DNA of 64,000 nt from an uncultured bacterium (GCA_963727525.1 CAVSGO010000007.1:192001-256000); one strand, 5' to 3'. Shown: positions 43,058 to 52,120, counted from the first letter of the stretch. Notes: generated from the sequence alone by a model not told the origin. Translations and numbers: made by a program.

Positions 43058-43642
43058 ATGTCCAGGACGCTGACAACCAGGACGCTCAAAACCAGCGCGC
43101 TCACTGCCGCCGTCCTCTTCGTCGTCATCGTTGGTCCAATGGGCCGACCCGCGTCCGCCGCCACCGACGACCAGCTCGTGGTCATCACCGACGACGGCCA
43201 GCCGACGACCGTCACCGTGCACGATGGCACGTTGACCGTCGTCACCGGCACGGGCGATGACGCCACCGTCCACGAGGTGGACCTGACGGGTCTCGGCGAG
43301 CTGGTGGGCGAGGCGGTGACGCAGGCGCTGGCCGGGCTCGACGGGGCGTTCGCCGGCCTCGCCGATATGGACGTCGACATCCACGTCCGGCCCGAACATC
43401 AGCTCGTGCTGGATATCGACGGCGGCACGACGGTGATCGATCTGGGCGAGGTCATGGCCCAGGTCGACGATGCCCTGGCCGCCGTGCGGTCCGAGGTCGC
43501 CTGCATCGGCGAGCAGCAGCGGGAACACGACGGCGCTGCATCGCTCCACCGCGAGTCGCGGCGGCTGCGGCGCCAGATCGCCGAGCTCGAGGAGCAGATC
43601 CAGGAGACGAAGGAAGAACTGGCGGCCCAGGATCGCCGCTAG
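43058..43642 (+). CDS. Hypothetical secreted protein with C-terminal coiled coil
   Basis: GGAGG RBS, signal peptide ending ASA-A, acidic beta-rich segments and heptad repeats. Confidence 0.65.
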   Translation: MSRTLTTRTLKTSALTAAVLFVVIVGPMGRPASAATDDQLVVITDDGQPTTVTVHDGTLTVVTGTGDDATVHEVDLTGLGELVGEAVTQALAGLDGAFAGLADMDVDIHVRPEHQLVLDIDGGTTVIDLGEVMAQVDDALAAVRSEVACIGEQQREHDGAASLHRESRRLRRQIAELEEQIQETKEELAAQDRR

Positions 43643-43689
43643 AACGTGACGATCGCCAGGGCCAGACCATCGCGAGAACGCGAGCATTG

Positions 43690-44448
43690 CTAGCGGTCGC
43701 CGGAAACGAGCTTCCCCTGTGCGGTGTCCGGGTGCCCGGCTTCCCCCTTGGCCGGCGGCACCGCCAGGGGGAGTTCGAGCAGTTGCAGTGGGTGCGTGAT
43801 GTGCCAGTCGGCCTCCGCCAGTTCGTCGGCTCCACCGAATCCGTAGAGGCAACCCACCGTCCGAGCCCCCATGGCCTGCCCGGCCTCGATGTCGTGGATC
43901 CGGTCGCCCACCACCACGGCTCGTTCGAAACCGCGCGCCAGGTGCTTCACCATGCCCCGCTTGTGCCGCGCCACGCGGGACCGCACCGCGTGCTCCAGAG
44001 ACAGCGCCCGGTCGAAGTAGCGGCCGAGGCGATGCACGTCGACGACCGCGCGGAAGTAAGGCTCGCATGCGTTGCTGAACAGAGCCATCCGGTGCCCGCG
44101 CTCGTGCAGGGTCGCGAGCATCTCCTCGGCACCCTCGTACAGGACGGTCTCGCCGTGCTGCAGAGCCGCGACCTCGGCGCGGGTGGATCGCACCTCGAAC
44201 TCTCCCGCGAAGACGTCGTGCAGGTCGGACGGCACGGTCTCGGGGTCGAAAGCCATGCGGAAGAACGTGGAAGAGGGAAGACCCATGGACAGGCTGATGC
44301 GGTCGCGATCGGGTTCGCACGCAGGCAGCAGGAAATGCCGGTAGGCTTCCTGCAAGCCCGTGATCACGGCGTCGATGACCGCCTGGCGACCATCCATCAG
44401 GGTTCCGTCGGTGTCGAAGACGAGGGTGAGGTCGGCGGCTGCGGTCAT
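43690..44448 (-). CDS. HAD-family hydrolase (phosphoglycolate phosphatase-like)
   Basis: Motif I FDTDGTL, FSN, GDRIHDIEAG and YGFG. Confidence 0.88.
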   Translation of the reverse strand: MTAAADLTLVFDTDGTLMDGRQAVIDAVITGLQEAYRHFLLPACEPDRDRISLSMGLPSSTFFRMAFDPETVPSDLHDVFAGEFEVRSTRAEVAALQHGETVLYEGAEEMLATLHERGHRMALFSNACEPYFRAVVDVHRLGRYFDRALSLEHAVRSRVARHKRGMVKHLARGFERAVVVGDRIHDIEAGQAMGARTVGCLYGFGGADELAEADWHITHPLQLLELPLAVPPAKGEAGHPDTAQGKLVSGDR

Positions 44449-44451
44449 GCG

Positions 44452-44682
44452 TCAACTCCCGGCAATGAGATCGAGTCGATCGAAGATCTCCGCGTCCTCG
44501 GGGAACCGGCCACATTTCTTCTTCGAGAAGATCAGCGTGCCGTCCACCAGGACCTCGAAGACACCTCCACTGGATGGGATCATTTCGCTCTCGACGCCGT
44601 AGCGCTCCTTGAGGCGTGCTGCCAGACCGGCAGCGGTGGGTTCGTAATTTCAGACCTGACAGTATTCGATCGCGATGTGCAT
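44452..44682 (-). CDS. SelT/SelW/SelH (Rdx) family selenoprotein, Sec at the in-frame UGA 44650-44652
   Basis: MHIAIEYCQV-U-NYEPTAAGLAARLKERYGVESEMIPSSGGVFEVLVDGTLIFSKKKCGRFPEDAEIFDRLDLIAGS*. It has a CxxU motif, the Rdx signature GG.FEV.VDG.LIFSK...GRFP, a GGAGGTGA RBS and a SECIS hairpin. Confidence 0.92.
44618..44634 (-). other. Bacterial SECIS element
   Basis: On the mRNA strand GCUGCC-GGUCU-GGCAGC, starting 15 nt 3' of the UGA. The GGUCU loop resembles the E. coli fdhF SECIS apical loop. Confidence 0.8.
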
Positions 44683-44699
44683 GCCATCACCTCCCGATT

Positions 44700-45872
44700 T
44701 CAGAACTGCAGGAGCGGCTTTGGCCACGCCGCCAGCGTCTCCTCGAACCCGGCCGGCGTGAAGTCGTCGATATGCACCACGGGCGCCTCGCCACCGCCGA
44801 GGATGACGTCGAGGATGCGGTCGTGGATGCCGTTGCCGCGGTCCTCGAGCAGGTTGCGCGTGATGTACCAGTCGGCGAACAGACGCCGTCCGATGACGGA
44901 TCGCAACGTCAGACCGTTGACGATGACGCGGTCGAAGGCCTGGATCCTGAAGCTGCCCTGCTTCAATCCGAACAGGATAACGTCGCCGCCACGGCGCGTC
45001 GACTGGATGGCATTGTTCACGCTCGTATTGTATCCGGCCATCTCCAGGCTGATGTCGGCGCCGCCGCCGCCAAACGCGGCACGCACGTCGTTCACCAGTT
45101 CCCGATCGGCGGTCCAGCCGTTCTTCGCCACCCGCGTCGGATCCAGCGGAATGACATCGTCCGCGCCGAGGCGCCGTGCCATCTCGATGTTGTGCGGCGA
45201 CGGCTCGATACCGATCACGCGCGTGGCGCCGAGTGCGCGCGCGACCATGATCGCGAACAGGCCGATCGTGCCGCAGCCGAATATGGCCACTGATTGACCG
45301 CGCATGTCGGCCACCTGACAGGCGTGCACTGCATTGCCGAAGGGCTCCTGGACGGCGGCCACCTCGAGCTTGATCTTGCGCGCATCGGTGGGCCACAGGG
45401 TCTGCGCCGGCAACTTGATGTACTCCGCGAAGCATCCGTCCTGACCGATGCCGATGATGATGTCATTGGCGCAGATGTGCGTCTGCCCGATGCGGCACTG
45501 GTAGCACACGTTGCAGATGATGTGCGATTCGGTCGTGACGATGTCCTTGGGTCGATATCCGTAACGGGCGGCGGCCCGTGGACCGACCTCGACGATCTCA
45601 CCCACCATCTCGTGCCCGATGGTCCGCACCGTGCGCTGCTCGCGCTTGAGGCTCTCGAAGATCATTCCCTTGAACGCGACACGGTTCCAGATGCCACGGT
45701 CGCTGCCGCAGAACCCGGAGTAGATGACCTTCACGATCACCTTGTCGGCGTCGCCGGGATCGGCGGAGTCGAGAACCGGGCGCGAAATTTCCCGACGCTC
45801 GAATCCGCGGGTGGTATCCCACGGCATGGAGGACTTGTCGTAGACCAGGGCCTTCATCGTTGCGGGCTGCAC
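44700..45872 (-). CDS. Zn-dependent dehydrogenase, L-threonine 3-dehydrogenase-like
   Basis: CGSD, GHE, structural Zn site CNVCYQCRIGQTHIC, EPFGNAVH and GCGTIG. GGAGG RBS. Confidence 0.8.
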   Translation of the reverse strand: MQPATMKALVYDKSSMPWDTTRGFERREISRPVLDSADPGDADKVIVKVIYSGFCGSDRGIWNRVAFKGMIFESLKREQRTVRTIGHEMVGEIVEVGPRAAARYGYRPKDIVTTESHIICNVCYQCRIGQTHICANDIIIGIGQDGCFAEYIKLPAQTLWPTDARKIKLEVAAVQEPFGNAVHACQVADMRGQSVAIFGCGTIGLFAIMVARALGATRVIGIEPSPHNIEMARRLGADDVIPLDPTRVAKNGWTADRELVNDVRAAFGGGGADISLEMAGYNTSVNNAIQSTRRGGDVILFGLKQGSFRIQAFDRVIVNGLTLRSVIGRRLFADWYITRNLLEDRGNGIHDRILDVILGGGEAPVVHIDDFTPAGFEETLAAWPKPLLQF

Positions 45873-45971
45873 GCACGAAACCTCCGGTTAGGCACCGCCT
45901 GGGCAGGGACGGGGAAATCGTCCGGGTCCTTTATGGAGCAGCGCCAAGGTAGAAGGTTCACCCCGCGGAGG

Positions 45972-46005
45972 CAATAACAACGGCGACCGGGGGGACCGGT
46001 CGCCG
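45972..46005 (-). terminator. Rho-independent terminator after parA
   Basis: 10-bp stem CGGCGACCGG/CCGGTCGCCG followed on the minus strand by TTGTTATTG. Confidence 0.65.
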
Positions 46006-46035
46006 ATATCCTCGCGCGCGGCGGGCCGCGTCCAA

Positions 46036-47238
46036 CTAGTTGAAACGACTATTGGTCCAGCCCTCGTCCCAGTCGCCATCCTTTTCTCCCCGCTCCTCCT
46101 CCGCCAGCAGATCGTCGAGCGAGAGCATGTCCGGCCCGGAGAACTCGTCGGGCATGGGGACCACGGGCTGCCGGAGCGCGCCGCTGGCGCGGAGTTCGCC
46201 GAGCAGGCGGTCGAGGCCGCCGCCACCGAGCGCGCCGCCGGTCGGAGTCACGGCGCGGACGGTTCCGTCCAGTGAGGAGAGTGCCGTGGCGCGCGGGAGC
46301 GCGTCGCGTTCGTCGGGGAGTTCCGGGGTATCGGGCACGGTGTCCGGCGTCGGGACACATTCTTTCTCGCAGTAGCGCATGACGACCTCGTCGGCGAGGT
46401 CGAAGTAGGCACGGCTGCCGGCCGATCGACGGTCGTAGATCACCGCCGGCTTGCCACGCAGCGCCATCTCGCTGAGGCGGGTGGTGCGGGGCACGGCGGC
46501 GGCGAACATCACGGGTCCGAATTCCGACGCCACCCGGGCCGAAACGTGGCGACTCATCCGTGTGCGGTCATTGACCATCGTCAGGAAGATGCCCTCGATC
46601 TCCAGGGGGCGCTCGTCATTCTCGTCGAAGGTGGCGCTGGGACTGAAGACCCGGTCCCGGAACGCATCCACCGAGCCGATGAGGGGACCGACCGAATCGC
46701 GGCAGAGTTCCTCCGCCTGCACCGGCACGAGGTAGCTGTCCGACGCGAGCAGAGCGGCGCGTGTCGGCTGGGATAGCCCCGGCGGACAGTCGATGAGGAT
46801 CGTGTCGTAAAGATTACGCGCACGATCGATCTGGGCGACGAAGTGGTCGGCCTTCTCGTGCATCGCGGCGATGAAACGCTCCTCCTCCTCGAGGCAGGAG
46901 ATGCGCGGCGACACGAAAAACAGATTCTTGAGCGTCGATGTGTGGGCGAGGTGTGTCAACGGCACGTTCCGGTCGAACATGCTGAGGAGACCGTCGTCGA
47001 GATCGCTGACAGCGTAGCCGAGCGAGCGGCTGACGCCGCACTGCGGATCCACGCCGACGATCAGGACGGTGTGGCCCGAGAGCGCGAGGGCGGCACCGAG
47101 GTTCACCGTCGACGTCGTCTTGCCGACGCCACCCTTGCGGCTGACGAGACTGATCACGCGGGCAGAGACGGTGTTCCAAGGTGTGCGGCGCTTCGGGGCG
47201 CCGGTAGATGTCGGTGTGGCGTGGCTGTCGTGCTCCAT
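46036..47238 (-). CDS. ParA/Soj family ATPase with acidic C-terminal extension
   Basis: Deviant Walker A KGGVGKTT, DPQ, IDCPPGL and PVQAE. No parB is adjacent. Confidence 0.88.
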   Translation of the reverse strand: MEHDSHATPTSTGAPKRRTPWNTVSARVISLVSRKGGVGKTTSTVNLGAALALSGHTVLIVGVDPQCGVSRSLGYAVSDLDDGLLSMFDRNVPLTHLAHTSTLKNLFFVSPRISCLEEEERFIAAMHEKADHFVAQIDRARNLYDTILIDCPPGLSQPTRAALLASDSYLVPVQAEELCRDSVGPLIGSVDAFRDRVFSPSATFDENDERPLEIEGIFLTMVNDRTRMSRHVSARVASEFGPVMFAAAVPRTTRLSEMALRGKPAVIYDRRSAGSRAYFDLADEVVMRYCEKECVPTPDTVPDTPELPDERDALPRATALSSLDGTVRAVTPTGGALGGGGLDRLLGELRASGALRQPVVPMPDEFSGPDMLSLDDLLAEEERGEKDGDWDEGWTNSRFN

Positions 47239-47354
47239 CGATGCATCTCCTTGCCAGAGATGAAAGCTGACCCAAAGGAACGAACCGGAACTGCAAAATA
47301 TCCGATCCGACCCCCATTAGACAAGTCTATTTCCGGGAAGGCGCCCCCCGCTGT

Positions 47355-48017
47355 TCAGGCGAGGAGTTCCTGGAGGTCGGCAACGAGCCTCGCGGCGCCG
47401 TCGAAAACCTCGGTGATCGTGCTTGCGACCATGTAGGCTGGCGTGGTGACCATGAGGTTCGGGCGGTCGATCACCGTGTCGGTGACGGCGCAGTCCTGGT
47501 GTCGGGCGCCCATGGCGACGATGGCGGCTGCCGTGTCCCGATCGTTGCCGATGGTGACCGTCGGGTGGGCGGTGGCGCCGAAGACGCGTGCCAGGATCAC
47601 GGGAGCGATGCACATCGCCGCGATGGGCTTGCGCGTATCGTACGTGGATCGCAGGAGCGCGGCCACCGGCGGGTGCACGGCACACGCGGCGCCGCGGACG
47701 GCGAAATCGCAGAGGTTCTTGGCTGCGCCGTAACCGCCTGGAAGCAGGACGGCATCGATGGCATCGACCCGGACCTCGGCGAGGTCGCGGATCTTGCCGC
47801 GCGCGATGCGGGCCGATTCCGCGAGCACGTCGCGGCTCTGGTTGCCGATCGGCTGGCCGGTGGCATGATCGATCACGTGCCGCTGGGGCATACGCGGCGC
47901 GCAGATTACCGGATCGAGACCTGCACGGGTGAGGGCCAGCAGAGCTGCGCAGGCTTCTTGAATCTCCGTGCCGTCCATGACGCCGCAGCCGCTGAGGATC
48001 ACCGCGACCTTCTTCAT
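47355..48017 (-). CDS. elbB: ElbB glyoxalase (DJ-1/PfpI, ES1 family)
   Basis: MKKVAVILSGCGVMDGTEIQE, ESARIARG, PGGYGAAKNL, CIAP and TTPAYM. Confidence 0.93.
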   Translation of the reverse strand: MKKVAVILSGCGVMDGTEIQEACAALLALTRAGLDPVICAPRMPQRHVIDHATGQPIGNQSRDVLAESARIARGKIRDLAEVRVDAIDAVLLPGGYGAAKNLCDFAVRGAACAVHPPVAALLRSTYDTRKPIAAMCIAPVILARVFGATAHPTVTIGNDRDTAAAIVAMGARHQDCAVTDTVIDRPNLMVTTPAYMVASTITEVFDGAARLVADLQELLA

Positions 48018-48142
48018 AGTGTATCCTTTCTGCCAGCGTGGGCCGACCGCGAGGTCGAGCTCGATGTCCCCCTCGGCCATGAAGCGCCACCGGACGGGTG
48101 CTGTCAACCCCGTGGCGCCGCGTAGCCCGGACAGAGCCGGCG

Positions 48143-48193
48143 GCCGACCTGGGATGGGTGCCGACCTGGGGTGGGTGACGACTTGGAGTTTGT
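48143..48193 (+). repeat. Three tandem 17-bp degenerate repeats
   Basis: GCCGACCTGGGATGGGT / GCCGACCTGGGGTGGGT / GACGACTTGGAGTTTGT, plus an inverted core CCAGGTCGG at 48228-48236. Confidence 0.7.
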
Positions 48194-48273
48194 GCGGGAG
48201 GGATCGGCGCATAACTTTGACCGCATGCCAGGTCGGACCCCGGCCGTAGCCCCTCAACCAGGAGACGCGCAGC

Positions 48274-48750
48274 ATGACCGGCAAGATCGCCATCGGCGGG
48301 ATCACGAGAACAGACAATCTCGTACTCGTTCGCGTGCTCGGGGCCCCACTGGGCCGCCCATTCGTGGGGCGGGTCCTCACGGCGCTCGGCCATGCCGGTA
48401 TCAACGTGCTATGCGTGGCCTCGTTCGTCGACACCGGGAAGCGCGCCAACCTGTGCCTGGCCATCACCCACGGTGACCTCGATCAGGCGTTGGGACTGTT
48501 GCAGGATATCCGCGACGAAGTGGGGGCCGAACGCGTCGAGACGCAGCGCGGCTGCAGCGCGATCTCGGTGTATGGGCCGCAGTTCAGCAGCAGTCCGGCC
48601 ATCGGCGGTCGCATCTTCGATGCCACCGCGGGCGCCGGCGTGAGCGTGCACATGATCAGCTCGTCGTTCACGACGATCGCGTTTCTGGTGGATATGGAGT
48701 GTGCCGACGCGGCCGTCGCCCAACTACGGGAGACATTCCTCGTTCCCTGA
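48274..48750 (+). CDS. Stand-alone tandem ACT-domain protein (aspartokinase beta-subunit-like)
   Basis: Two ACT repeats (...ALGHAGINV...; ISVYGP...P.I..RIF.A..AGVSVHMISSS...AVAQLRETF). CAGGAG RBS. Confidence 0.8.
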   Translation: MTGKIAIGGITRTDNLVLVRVLGAPLGRPFVGRVLTALGHAGINVLCVASFVDTGKRANLCLAITHGDLDQALGLLQDIRDEVGAERVETQRGCSAISVYGPQFSSSPAIGGRIFDATAGAGVSVHMISSSFTTIAFLVDMECADAAVAQLRETFLVP

Positions 48751-48901
48751 CTTGGACCTGGACGGTCGTTGATGCGGCCGGAAGTGCCCATTCCGGACCC
48801 ATTCCCCATTGTGCCGACGCCACGTTGCGTCAGCCCATGCCAACGGTTCACCATCGGCATCCGCGTCTCCACCCGCCGGTCGCCGATCTCCCGAGCACAA
48901 C

Positions 48902-50572
48902 CTAGTAGGCGAACCCGGAGCCGCCGATGAATTCGCGCAGCAGCGACGTTGGCGGCACCTCCCGCGCATCGATCGGCAGCAACGTGGCAAGCAGGTCGAT
49001 GAGGCCGCGTGCCGTCCCGTAGTTGGGATCGTCGATGCCCACCGCGGCCAGTCGCGGTTCTGCCCAGAGTTTGAGCACCGCCAGTTCGTACGCGAGGCCA
49101 GAATTGAAGAAGATGTCGGCCTGGTCCTGGAACGGGAAGATGTGCTTTTCCTCGCCAACGCGGACGCGAGGCCAGCGCGCCAGGGTGTCGCTGGCCGTGT
49201 AGCCGCGGAATTGCGCGTCACGTACGATGCGGCGGAACAGGCGCGTACGCGAGGTGCGGATGTAGCTGGTGTTGTCGACGTTCATGTGGCACAGCGCGGA
49301 AACGTACACGAGCAGCTTGTTGCGCATGTCCACTGCCTCGCTCAGGCGTGGATTGAGTGCGTGGATGCCCTCGACGATGAGCGGCTGACCGCGCTCGAGC
49401 ATCACGGTGCTTTTGCGCACCGTGCTCGTGCCCGTGTGGAAGTCGTACTCCGGCAGGTGCACGGGCTCGCCGGCCAGCAGGGCATGCAGGTGCTCGTTGA
49501 AGAGGTCGAGGCGCAAGGCGTTCAGGGCCTCGAAATCGTAGTCGCCGTCGGAGGTCCGGGGGGTGTGTTCGCGATCGACGAAGTAGTCGTCGAGGCTCAG
49601 GGCGAACGGGCGCAGCCCGAGCACGCGCATCTGCAGCGACAGGCGCTTGGCGAAGGTGGTCTTGCCGCTGCTCGATGGGCCGGCCACCAGCACGAGGCGG
49701 CCGTCCGCCGGCAGGTCGGCCACCTGCTGGGCGGCTTCCACGAAGACCCGGGCGTGGCGAGCCTCGCTGATCTGGATGAGGTCGCCGGTGTTGCCCTGGA
49801 CGATGTAGCGGTTGAGGTGCCCGACGTCCTGGAGACCGATGGCGTCGAGCCAGTCGGCGTATTCGCGCATGGTGGCGAGCAGCTTGGGCTGCCGCGTCGG
49901 CTCGAGCAGTTTCTCCGGATTGCCCGGCGGCCCCACCTGGAGGATGAAGCCCGGAGTCTCAGGTACCAGCCGGAAGGCGCGAACGAAGCCGGTGGAGGGT
50001 AGCTGGCGTCCGTAGAACAGGTGAGACACGCCCTCGATGCGGTAGAGCTGGAGGGAGTCGCGCCGCAGGTACTGAGCGAGCTGGGTCTCCGCGGGCTTGC
50101 CCTGGGCTCGGGCCAGCTTGATGAGCGTGCGCAGGCCGTAGGTGTGGGGGATGATGGGCAGATCCGCCGCCGCGATCTCCCGCATGCGGACATCGAGGGC
50201 CGTGATGTCCTCTGGCGTGAGGGCGTCCCGGCCGCGCAGGCGGCAGTGGACGCCGCGTCCATAGCTGAACTCGGTGCGCAGTTCGGCTTGGGGGAAGAGC
50301 TGCTCGACGGCGGCCTGGAGGAGGAAGATCACGGCCCGCTGGATGGTCGGCTGGACCCGACGGTCGCGTAGGTGGTATAGGCGCACCTCCTCGCCGCCCA
50401 TGAGAGGCTCGTGGAGGTCGGTGCGGCGGCCGTTGACCGAGGCCATGGCCACCGGATTCTCGGCCCTGGCGTCGGCTTCGCCCGTAGACCGCAGGATCTG
50501 CAGGAGTGTGACGCCGGGTTCGATCTCGCGTTTCTTGCCGTCGATCTCGATGGCTGCGGTCACGATGGCCAT
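48902..50572 (-). CDS. Uridine/nucleoside kinase family protein with TGS/ThrRS-N-like N-terminal region
   Basis: Walker A GPSSSGKTT, LSLDDYF, IVEGIHALNP, RRIVRD..RG and FNSGLAYEL. The N-terminus resembles ThrRS N1/N2. Confidence 0.88.
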   Translation of the reverse strand: MAIVTAAIEIDGKKREIEPGVTLLQILRSTGEADARAENPVAMASVNGRRTDLHEPLMGGEEVRLYHLRDRRVQPTIQRAVIFLLQAAVEQLFPQAELRTEFSYGRGVHCRLRGRDALTPEDITALDVRMREIAAADLPIIPHTYGLRTLIKLARAQGKPAETQLAQYLRRDSLQLYRIEGVSHLFYGRQLPSTGFVRAFRLVPETPGFILQVGPPGNPEKLLEPTRQPKLLATMREYADWLDAIGLQDVGHLNRYIVQGNTGDLIQISEARHARVFVEAAQQVADLPADGRLVLVAGPSSSGKTTFAKRLSLQMRVLGLRPFALSLDDYFVDREHTPRTSDGDYDFEALNALRLDLFNEHLHALLAGEPVHLPEYDFHTGTSTVRKSTVMLERGQPLIVEGIHALNPRLSEAVDMRNKLLVYVSALCHMNVDNTSYIRTSRTRLFRRIVRDAQFRGYTASDTLARWPRVRVGEEKHIFPFQDQADIFFNSGLAYELAVLKLWAEPRLAAVGIDDPNYGTARGLIDLLATLLPIDAREVPPTSLLREFIGGSGFAY

Positions 50573-50614
50573 ACGGGCAACTCCCCGCGCCGCGGCCTCC
50601 CGCGGCGCCGTCTA

Positions 50615-50929
50615 CTACTGCGGCTTGTCAGGCGCGGCCGTCTTGCTATCATTGGCAGCGGGAGGGCTGGCAGGCTTGTCGCCGGCCGCTGCGTCGGTCT
50701 TGTTGAGTTCGGGCGTCGCTGACCCGGATTTCGCCGGTCCCGCGGCCTGGCTGCGGGAATCGTTGACGTAGAAGCCGCTGCCCTTGAAGACGATCCCCAT
50801 GCCGCCGCTGATGAGGCGGCGCACCTTCCCGCGGCAACGCGGGCAGCGCTGGCGCGGCGGGGCGCTCATCGGGGCCTCTTCCTCGAAGGTGTGGTTGCAC
50901 TTGGTGCACTCATATTCGTAAGTCGGCAC
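50615..50929 (-). CDS. FmdB-family zinc-ribbon protein
   Basis: MPTYEYECTKC...CPRC...FKGSGFY. Confidence 0.9.
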   Translation of the reverse strand: MPTYEYECTKCNHTFEEEAPMSAPPRQRCPRCRGKVRRLISGGMGIVFKGSGFYVNDSRSQAAGPAKSGSATPELNKTDAAAGDKPASPPAANDSKTAAPDKPQ

Positions 50930-51118
50930 GCTGATTCACCTCGGCAGACGACGGCAAGAACCGTTGACGACTCGACAAGCGGAATCCGGATGCTCCCGAT
51001 CCGGGCCGCAACCGGACGGCCGGACAATATCGCCTCCAGTGCCGGAAGGCGCCAGAATTAGGGGATCCAGCCAATGGGATCCGCGGCGCCGGGATGTCAA
51101 ACGAAGGAAGGTCACGAG

Positions 51119-52120
51119 ATGAGAATCGCCATCAATGGATTCGGTCGCATCGGCCGCGCGGTCTACCGCATCCTGCATGAGCGCCAGGATGTCGAGGTCG
51201 TGGCCGTCAACGATCTCTTCGACCCGGCCGCCCTCGTCCACATGCTGCGGTACGATTCGGTGATGGGCCGCTTCGGCCGCCCGGCGACACTCGACGGCGA
51301 TACCCTGAAGACTGACCGATTCGCGACGAAGATCATGGCGCAGAAAGACCCGAAGGCGTTGCCGTGGAAGGAGCTGAAGGTCGATTTCGTGGTGGAGTCG
51401 ACCGGTGTATTTCGCAAGCGCGAGCAGTGCTTGATGCACGTGGAAGCCGGGGCTCGCAAGGTGCTGCTCACGGTACCGTCCAAGGACGAGATCGATGCCA
51501 CCATCGTCCTCGGCGTGAACAACAGTGAACTCAAGCCCGAGCATCGCGTCGTCTCCAACGCATCGTGCACGACGAACTGCCTGGCGCCGCTGGCCTACGT
51601 CATCGACAAGGAGTTCGGAATCGAACGCGGCCTGATGACCACGACCCACGCCTACACCAACGACCAGCGCCTCGTCGACATGCCGCACAGCGATCTGCGC
51701 CGCGCCCGCGCCGCCGCGATGAGCATCATCCCGACGACGACCGGCGCGGCCCGCGCCGTGGGCAAGGTGCTCCCGCAACTGAGCGGCAAGCTCGACGGTA
51801 TGGCCATGCGCGTGCCCACGATCGACGGTTCGGTGGTCGATCTGGTGGCCATCCTCAAGAAATCGGCCACGGCCGAGGAGATCAACGCGGCGGTGAAGGC
51901 GGCCGCCGCCACGCCGCAGCTCAAGGGCATCCTCGAGTACTGCGAGGATCCGATCGTATCCGTGGACGTGGTCGGCAACCCGCACAGCAGCGTCTTCGAT
52001 GCGCTCAGTACCACCGTGATCACCGGCAACATGGTCAAGCTCATCAGCTGGTACGACAACGAGTGGGGCTACAGCAACCGCGTCTGCGATCTGCTCCAGT
52101 TCATGCACAAGGTCGGTTGA
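51119..52120 (+). CDS. gap: Type I glyceraldehyde-3-phosphate dehydrogenase
   Basis: Motifs INGFGRIGR, ASCTTNCLAP and WYDNEWGYS. Confidence 0.97.
   Translation: MRIAINGFGRIGRAVYRILHERQDVEVVAVNDLFDPAALVHMLRYDSVMGRFGRPATLDGDTLKTDRFATKIMAQKDPKALPWKELKVDFVVESTGVFRKREQCLMHVEAGARKVLLTVPSKDEIDATIVLGVNNSELKPEHRVVSNASCTTNCLAPLAYVIDKEFGIERGLMTTTHAYTNDQRLVDMPHSDLRRARAAAMSIIPTTTGAARAVGKVLPQLSGKLDGMAMRVPTIDGSVVDLVAILKKSATAEEINAAVKAAAATPQLKGILEYCEDPIVSVDVVGNPHSSVFDALSTTVITGNMVKLISWYDNEWGYSNRVCDLLQFMHKVG

Noticed and set aside
44650-45435. 261-aa ORF ending MHIAIEYCQV
   Set aside because: The upstream part is an off-frame overlap with the dehydrogenase. Only the last 10 codons are real, as the start of the selenoprotein.
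48143-48193. Possible CRISPR array
   Set aside because: The repeats are 17 bp, directly adjacent with no spacers, and no cas genes are present.
48018-48273. Lysine riboswitch upstream of the ACT gene
   Set aside because: I could not identify the conserved L-box elements by eye. It is kept only as an unexplained repeat structure.
50587-50608. Hairpin between the zinc-ribbon gene and the kinase gene
   Set aside because: A GC-only stem without a U-tract, plausible by chance at this GC content.
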